DNA of 24,625 nucleotides from the IMG/VR virus record IMGVR_UViG_2534681649_000014, one strand, 5' to 3'. The stretch is from a virus. Lineage: Duplodnaviria > Heunggongvirae > Uroviricota > Caudoviricetes. Below the pieces are notes generated by a model. The model searched no databases, was not told the origin of the DNA, and saw nothing but the letters and a program-made list of their open reading frames with translations. This document shows, in pieces, positions 19,188 to 24,625 of this stretch; the first letter of the stretch is position 1, and each line of letters starts with the position of its first letter. The translations under genes were made by a program, and so were the position numbers.

Positions 19188-19684
19188 TTTACTGCCCGTC
19201 GTGTGGACATGTTGCTCACACCCGTCGCGCACATTTCATGGACGATGGCACCAAGATAATGATTGCACAGTGCCGGAATATTTATTGCTCTGCGACATTT
19301 GAAGCGAGTGAAAGCTTTTTCTCTGACTGTAAAGATTCAGGAATGGAATACATTTCAGGCAAACAGAGATACCGCGATTCACTGACGTCAGCCTCCGGCA
19401 GTATGAAACGCCCGAAAAGAATGCTTGTTACCGGATATTGTTGTCGGAGATGTAAAGGCCTTGCACTGTCAAGAACATCGCGGCGTCTGTCTCAGGAAGT
19501 CACCGAGCGTTTTTATGTGTGCACGGATCCGGGCTGTGGTCTGGTGTTTAAAACGCTTCAGACCATCAACCGTTTTATTGTCCGCCCGGTCACGCCGGAC
19601 GAACTGGCAGAAAGCCTGCATGAAAAACAGGAACTGCCGCCAGTACGCTTAAAAACACAATCATATTCGCTGCGTCTGGAATGA
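19184..19684 (+). CDS. delta: P4 Delta-like late gene transactivator (tandem Ogr-type zinc-finger protein)
   Basis: 166 aa, the same length as P4 delta. Two Ogr-like Cys motifs (CPSCGH…CRNIYC and CCRRCKG…CTDPGCG). Confidence 0.85.
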   Translation: MIYCPSCGHVAHTRRAHFMDDGTKIMIAQCRNIYCSATFEASESFFSDCKDSGMEYISGKQRYRDSLTSASGSMKRPKRMLVTGYCCRRCKGLALSRTSRRLSQEVTERFYVCTDPGCGLVFKTLQTINRFIVRPVTPDELAESLHEKQELPPVRLKTQSYSLRLE

Positions 19685-19757
19685 GGGCTGCCGGTTAACA
19701 CCGGCCGTCGCCGCACACCGTATTTTTATTCTTCAGCATGATGAGAAAGAGATAACG

Positions 19758-20330
19758 ATGGAAAGCACAGCCTTACAGCAGGTCTTTGACACCTGTCAGA
19801 ATAACAAAGCAGCATGGCTGCAACGCAAAAATGAGCTGGCTGCGGCCGAACAGGAATATCTGCGGCTTCTGTCCGGGGAAGGCAGAAACGTCAGTCGCCT
19901 GGACGAATTACGCAATATTATCGAAGTCAGAAAATGGCAGGTGAATCAGGCTGCCGGTCGTTATATTCGTTCGCATGAAGCCGTTCAGCACATCAGCATC
20001 CGCGACCGGCTGAATGATTTTATGCAGCAGCACGGCACAGCACTGGCGGCGGCACTGGCACCGGAGCTGATGGGCTACAGTGAGCTGACGGCCATTGCCC
20101 GAAACTGTGCCATACAGCGTGCCACAGATGCCCTGCGTGAAGCCCTTCTGTCCTGGCTTGCGAAGGGGGAAAAAATTAATTATTCCGCACAGGATAGTGA
20201 CATTTTAACGACCATCGGATTCAGGCCTGACGCGACTTCGGTGGATGACAGCCGTGAAAAATTCACCCCTGCGCAGAACATGATTTTTTCGCGTAAAAGT
20301 GCGCAACTGGCATCACGTCAGTCTGTGTAA
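19758..20330 (+). CDS. psu: P4 Psu-like polarity suppression (Rho antagonist / capsid decoration) protein
   Basis: 190 aa, the same length as P4 Psu. Third gene after sid and delta. Confidence 0.8.
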   Translation: MESTALQQVFDTCQNNKAAWLQRKNELAAAEQEYLRLLSGEGRNVSRLDELRNIIEVRKWQVNQAAGRYIRSHEAVQHISIRDRLNDFMQQHGTALAAALAPELMGYSELTAIARNCAIQRATDALREALLSWLAKGEKINYSAQDSDILTTIGFRPDATSVDDSREKFTPAQNMIFSRKSAQLASRQSV

Positions 20331-20360
20331 AATTCCCCGAAAATCCGCCCGTTTTTACTG

Positions 20361-20397
20361 AAAAAAGCCATGCATCGATAAGGTGCATGGCTTTGCA
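20361..20397 (+). terminator. Putative terminator hairpin downstream of psu
   Basis: A-run, then stem GCCATGCA (20367-20374) pairing with TGCATGGC (20384-20391), then TTTGCATGCGTTTT. Confidence 0.4.
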
Positions 20398-20494
20398 TGC
20401 GTTTTCCTGCCTCATTTTCTGCAGACCGCGCCATTCCCGGCGCAGCCTGAGCGTGACTGTGCAACTGCATTAAAACCGCCCTGCAAAGCGGGCG

Positions 20495-20513
20495 GGCGTG
20501 GCGGGGAGAGCAT
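20495..20513. other. cos-like site (P2/P4-type cohesive end sequence)
   Basis: GGCGTGGCGGGGAGAGCAT matches the 19-nt P2/P4 cohesive end as I recall it (GGCGAGGCGGGGAAAGCAC) at 16 of 19 positions. It sits between psu and the hotspot cassette, where cos lies in P4. Confidence 0.45.
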
Positions 20514-20727
20514 TGCGCGCCATGCCGTGAGGATAATTATTTTATTAATATTCAGCTCATGACGTCTGTAATTGGGAAGAAGTGAAAAATGCTCATGTAA
20601 CTTATGAATATTTAACGTTAAACCGATCAAATTCTAGGGTGAAAACATTGCCCGCACGAAGTCAATGGGGTTATGCTTAATTTTTGATCATGATACATAT
20701 CCCAAGATAAGAAGCTAAGGAAAGAGC

Positions 20728-21807
20728 ATGAATGTAGGGCATCTCAATTTCTTCAAGGTTAATAAGTGCGGTTTATACAAGGTAAATGATGACAATACCT
20801 ATGGTTTAGAACTTAGCGAAACATTTGACCTCATACAGGATTGGGTGGGAACTAAATCTCTTGCACTCACGATACCATGGGATCCAAAAGAAAAACCAAA
20901 CAGTTCAAAGTGTTATTGCAAGGATATTTATAAGGATGAAAATACTGGTGATTTCTTAGTCATGTTATGGAAATCTGATACTGATAGTACGGGCTCTTTA
21001 TTAGGAGCTAGTGAAGACGGTGAAATCGGAAGCTCATCGGTGGTTAAATATACTAATAGCTACAGAGGGAAAAAAGTTATCTGGGGGCGGCCATGCTTTT
21101 ATTGGGTTATACCTGAACTTGAAACTATAGTATCCATTAAATTCGACCATTCTGTTTGTGATTCTGAACTATTTCAAGACTATGTACACTCATCTATTAC
21201 TAATAGAGTTAAACATAGCAAAAGGGTTAAAAATAAAACCGAGAAAGGTTATATAAGGCTATCTAATACCGATGACGAAGACTTATATAAATATATGTAC
21301 AGGTTTGATATGAAGCTCAGAAGCTTAGAAACCACTCATACTGAGTTAGGTAAACTAATACCAAAAATAACACACATAGTTCGCAGGGAAACTATTATTA
21401 TAAATCCAAATGATGCACGAGCTGATTGGTTAAAGACCTTTAGCACTCTCGTTCCATTTGTGTCCGGAAAGAAAAATGCCAAAACAAGACAAATTGAAAT
21501 AAAAGCAGAAGCAAAACCATCCTTGAATGAAGTTCAAGAAATCATTGAAAAGTATTCGGCTGAGGATAGAGAAAAACGTCTTTGGGACAATGTTGGATTT
21601 GCTACAGACAAGGGTATAACTTGGGTGGATAAATATAGAATGCGTGATATTCTCAATGTCCCTTCTGACGACTATTCAACATATTCCGCCGCATATATTT
21701 ACGAACAAATATCACACAAAAGAAAAGAATTTATTTCCCCTATATTAAAAGAATTAAAAGCATTACAATCTCAACCAAGAATAAAGAAAGCATCTGGAGA
21801 GGATTGA
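20728..21807 (+). CDS. Hypothetical protein, gene 1 of low-GC cassette in the P4 psu-int hotspot (359 aa)
   Basis: Long ORF with an AAGGAAAG RBS 5-6 nt upstream of the ATG. Strongly AT-rich relative to flanking P4 core genes. Lys/Asp/Glu-rich and soluble-looking. No motif I can assign. Confidence 0.7.
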   Translation: MNVGHLNFFKVNKCGLYKVNDDNTYGLELSETFDLIQDWVGTKSLALTIPWDPKEKPNSSKCYCKDIYKDENTGDFLVMLWKSDTDSTGSLLGASEDGEIGSSSVVKYTNSYRGKKVIWGRPCFYWVIPELETIVSIKFDHSVCDSELFQDYVHSSITNRVKHSKRVKNKTEKGYIRLSNTDDEDLYKYMYRFDMKLRSLETTHTELGKLIPKITHIVRRETIIINPNDARADWLKTFSTLVPFVSGKKNAKTRQIEIKAEAKPSLNEVQEIIEKYSAEDREKRLWDNVGFATDKGITWVDKYRMRDILNVPSDDYSTYSAAYIYEQISHKRKEFISPILKELKALQSQPRIKKASGED

Positions 21808-21810
21808 ATA

Positions 21811-22344
21811 TTGAAAGCTATAGCAGGCATAGCCAAATACACATGGATATACATGGCGATATTCATTATATCGCTGATGATTATTTCGTCATCCGATATT
21901 AACTATGTGTATAACGATTTTGCCAACTATTGCACTCTTCTCGTATCAGTTTCTGGAATGGTTTTTACTATTATGGGAATTTGGTTAGCGTTTCTTTACC
22001 CAAATGCTTTGCAGCGTATTGTGAACCCCAAAACTATAGAAACCGTTGATTTCACCGAACAACTGGAAGATACAAGAAGATTAGAAGCAATAGTTGGAAG
22101 TGTTCTAAAATCATCTTTCGTTATGATTACTTTACTTGTTGTATACTTAGTTAAACTAGTGTTTTTCAAAAGTCATCTTTATTTAGAGAGCCAAGATGTA
22201 ATAAAAAACACATCTTTAGCATTAATTATTGCTATTTCGTACATGCAGATTGAGGCAGTAATTAGCGTAATACTTGCAAATGTTATGTTTATCAATGATT
22301 TACATAACAAGCGAGAGCAAAGAGACATTGATGATCAAGTATGA
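21811..22344 (+). CDS. Hypothetical small integral membrane protein (about 4 predicted TM helices), gene 2 of hotspot cassette
   Basis: 177 aa from a TTG start at 21811, with a GGAGAGG RBS and 3 nt after the gene-1 stop. An alternative ATG is at 21853. Four hydrophobic segments (WIYMAIFIISLMIISS, LLVSVSGMVFTIMGIWLAFLY, SSFVMITLLVVYLVKLVFF, LALIIAISYMQIEAVISVILANVMFI). Confidence 0.6.
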   Translation: MKAIAGIAKYTWIYMAIFIISLMIISSSDINYVYNDFANYCTLLVSVSGMVFTIMGIWLAFLYPNALQRIVNPKTIETVDFTEQLEDTRRLEAIVGSVLKSSFVMITLLVVYLVKLVFFKSHLYLESQDVIKNTSLALIIAISYMQIEAVISVILANVMFINDLHNKREQRDIDDQV

Positions 22345-22351
22345 GGGAAAA

Positions 22352-23305
22352 ATGAAAAAGAATATACGTGTTATACCTAAAAATATTCATAGCAAGTTAA
22401 GAAGGCTTGGTAATACAGTTGTTGCTGGCACTTCTATTGCATTTACGGAAAACCAATTAAAAAGTGGAGCATTAGAGCACCTTGGAATATATTTTGATAA
22501 TGGTGTTAATGCTTATGAGACGTCGGTCATACCAGATCCATTGCAGGGTAAATATTCACTTAAAAATGTTTTTGGTGAAGAAATTGTCAGAAAAGACCTC
22601 CCAAAAGAAACTCATTACACTGAAATTGAGTCACCTAACTGGGGTGATAGCTCTAATGGTACACATACTGTTAGATTACCTTACGAGAAATATCCCAGAG
22701 ACATTATACCACCAACACTCATAGCCATTGAAATTAATCACAAACAGCCCTCGGACAGCCATTTCATATTTAACTTCAGAGTAACTAGAATTTTAGACAA
22801 ACAATCAAATAAGTTTGATGATGAATTATTATTTGATTTAAATCTTCTTCAAGAAAATCTTGGTAAATGTGGAATTGAGGATGCTGATAAACCCATATCG
22901 ACTTATGCTGATACACTTATAGTCTCATGGGAAATATTTCCACCAGGTAGTAAAGAAGAAACTTTAGCAAGAATTTTTAGAGGTAAAAATATCACTTCCG
23001 ACAAGAAAAATGTCGCTGAAAATAGATATGACTTCTTCATGAGTCTTGAACCTAAAAAAATCGTCACAGGAAACAGCACGTTCAGTAATTATATTGGAGC
23101 TATGCTGGAGGACGATTTGGTTGTATTTGAAAACATAGAATATGGTAATGCTATATATATCCTCTATGATAACTGGGATGATATCAGCAAGCTATCTCGA
23201 ATTGACTTATTATCAGGAAGAGCAGGAAGTAATTTCGATAGAATAATCCATAGTGGCAATTGGAAAGATGAAGTACGAAAAAAAGTTGCTGCTGGAAGAT
23301 TATGA
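22352..23305 (+). CDS. Hypothetical protein, gene 3 of hotspot cassette (317 aa)
   Basis: ATG at 22352 is 7 nt after the gene-2 stop, with a GAGGG RBS. The ORF-track start at 22274 overlaps gene 2 and is probably an extension. AT-rich. No recognisable motif. Confidence 0.7.
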   Translation: MKKNIRVIPKNIHSKLRRLGNTVVAGTSIAFTENQLKSGALEHLGIYFDNGVNAYETSVIPDPLQGKYSLKNVFGEEIVRKDLPKETHYTEIESPNWGDSSNGTHTVRLPYEKYPRDIIPPTLIAIEINHKQPSDSHFIFNFRVTRILDKQSNKFDDELLFDLNLLQENLGKCGIEDADKPISTYADTLIVSWEIFPPGSKEETLARIFRGKNITSDKKNVAENRYDFFMSLEPKKIVTGNSTFSNYIGAMLEDDLVVFENIEYGNAIYILYDNWDDISKLSRIDLLSGRAGSNFDRIIHSGNWKDEVRKKVAAGRL

Positions 23306-23322
23306 TCAAAGTGTTTAATACA

Positions 23323-23355
23323 GAAATAAACGCCTATATATTATAGGCGTTTATT
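23323..23355. terminator. Bidirectional rho-independent terminator between convergent cassette gene 3 and int
   Basis: Near-perfect palindrome AAATAAACGCCTATA-TAT-TATAGGCGTTTATTT with A/T runs on both sides. Confidence 0.55.
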
Positions 23356-23359
23356 TTCA

Positions 23360-24625
23360 CTATCGACTTTTGTTTATTTTAGCAAAATCATAAGGTGTTA
23401 TTGTTTTGCCCTTATTTGCTTGGAGATAATCAGCCCACCATTGAACCATCAATCGACGTTCATCCAAATGTTCAGAGGTGTGAATATAAGCAGCACGTAC
23501 ATTATTACGCTCTGAATGGCTCAACTGTCGTTCTATAGCATCTTCACTCCATAATCCGGACTCGCCCAACGCACCACGGGCCATCGTTCTAAACCCGTGC
23601 CCGCAAACTTCGGTTTTCGTGTCATAGCCCATCGCACGCAATGCGCTATTTACCGTGTTTTCGCTCATAACCTTAGTTGCGTCATGATCACCCGGAAAAA
23701 GCAGCTCTTTATCTCCACTAATCTGCTTTAACTGGTTTAGCAAAATCATCGCCTGCCGACTAAGCTGAACGATATGCTCCTCTTTCATCTTCATGCCACG
23801 GTACGAGTAACGCACACCTTTAATTTCTTCTCGTTTTGCAGGTACTCGCCAGAGAGATTTATCGAAGTCGAACTCATCCCAACGCGCGAAACGTAACTCA
23901 CTGGAACGCACAAAAGTTAGTAAGGAAAGCTCAACCGCGATCCGCGTCATTACACGGCCACGATATGCAGCAAGACGAGCAAGAAACTCAGGGAACCGGC
24001 TGGAGGGCAAAGCGGGGTAATGTCGCGCTTTGGTTGTCGATAGCGCACCGGCCATATCACTGGCTGGATTTGAGTCGATGTAATCGTTCTGTACTGCATA
24101 ACGCATAATAGCCGTGACACGCTGCTGAAGGCGCTGTGCAACGTCATGCTTACCACTGGCATCAACTTTTTTAATCGGGGCTAATAGGTGGCTAGTTTTG
24201 AGCTGACGGATGTCAGATGAACCAATATGAGGAAAGATATAAAGCTCAAGATAACGTAGAACGCGTGATCGGTGATCTTCACTCCAGCGCTTATTACTAG
24301 CATGCCATTCACGAGCGATAGTTTCGAAAGAATATGCCCCCGAATTCTCGGCCTGAGCTTCTTTCTGTTCGGCTTTTGGATCAATGCCCTGCGCTAACAG
24401 CTTTTTAGCTTGATCGCGCTTTGCTCTTGCCTGAGCAAGCGTCACAGTAGGCCAAACACCAAACGCGAGACGATCCTCTTTTTTGTCAGAGGGACGTCTG
24501 TATTTCATGCGCCAGTATTTGGAACCTTTGGCCGAAACCTCAAGATACAAACCACCACCATCGGCCATTTTGTAGGTTTTGTCTTTTGGCTTTGCGGTCT
24601 CGACCTGTCTGGCGTTGAGCTTCAT
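23360..24625 (-). CDS. int: P4-family tyrosine integrase of the P4-like satellite element (start codon at the last base of the window)
   Basis: 421 aa. N-terminus MKLNARQVETAKPKDKTYKMADGGGLYLEVSAKGSKYWRMKY and C-terminus …CGHGFRTMARG…VRAAYIH…, similar to but distinct from the integrase at 11481-12749. The tRNA target is expected just beyond the window. Confidence 0.9.
   Translation of the reverse strand: MKLNARQVETAKPKDKTYKMADGGGLYLEVSAKGSKYWRMKYRRPSDKKEDRLAFGVWPTVTLAQARAKRDQAKKLLAQGIDPKAEQKEAQAENSGAYSFETIAREWHASNKRWSEDHRSRVLRYLELYIFPHIGSSDIRQLKTSHLLAPIKKVDASGKHDVAQRLQQRVTAIMRYAVQNDYIDSNPASDMAGALSTTKARHYPALPSSRFPEFLARLAAYRGRVMTRIAVELSLLTFVRSSELRFARWDEFDFDKSLWRVPAKREEIKGVRYSYRGMKMKEEHIVQLSRQAMILLNQLKQISGDKELLFPGDHDATKVMSENTVNSALRAMGYDTKTEVCGHGFRTMARGALGESGLWSEDAIERQLSHSERNNVRAAYIHTSEHLDERRLMVQWWADYLQANKGKTITPYDFAKINKSR

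Noticed and set aside
20412-20630. 72-aa minus-strand ORF in the psu-cassette intergenic region
   Set aside because: It overlaps the cos-like site and terminator hairpins, has no RBS, and has an Ala/Arg/Pro-rich composition. It is likely non-coding.

Overview
This window is a mosaic accessory (island) region, apparently from an enterobacterial chromosome, built from four blocks. All calls are from reading the sequence and ORF translations by eye; no database search was run. (1) 1-2300: insertion-sequence debris, comprising the 3-prime end of an IS3-family orfB, an N-terminally truncated IS66-family tnpC, and a complete-looking IS3-family element with orfA/orfB and an A-AAA-AAG frameshift site. 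(2) 2850-9050: a complete Type I restriction-modification operon hsdR-hsdM-hsdS, with a low-GC hsdS. (3) 9167-12750: two low-GC gene fragments flanking an IS1 copy, the upstream one carrying a sirtuin (SIR2)-like glycine-rich motif, followed by a P4-family tyrosine integrase. (4) 12950 to the window end: a near-complete P4-like satellite prophage. It starts at a 3-prime tRNA-Leu (leuX-like) att remnant and contains crr-like iterons, alpha primase-helicase (777 aa), small left-operon genes, an 88-aa AlpA/Vis-like regulator, ori-like TGTTCACC iterons, sid (244 aa), delta (166 aa), psu (190 aa), a cos-like site and a second P4-family integrase at the window edge. The most interesting feature is a tightly packed, low-GC three-gene cassette (20728-23305) sitting between psu/cos and int, the position that holds the non-essential gop-beta-cII region in P4. 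It encodes a 359-aa protein, a 177-aa predicted four-helix membrane protein and a 317-aa protein, none of which I can assign to a known family. I consider it a candidate uncharacterized anti-phage or satellite-helper interference system.
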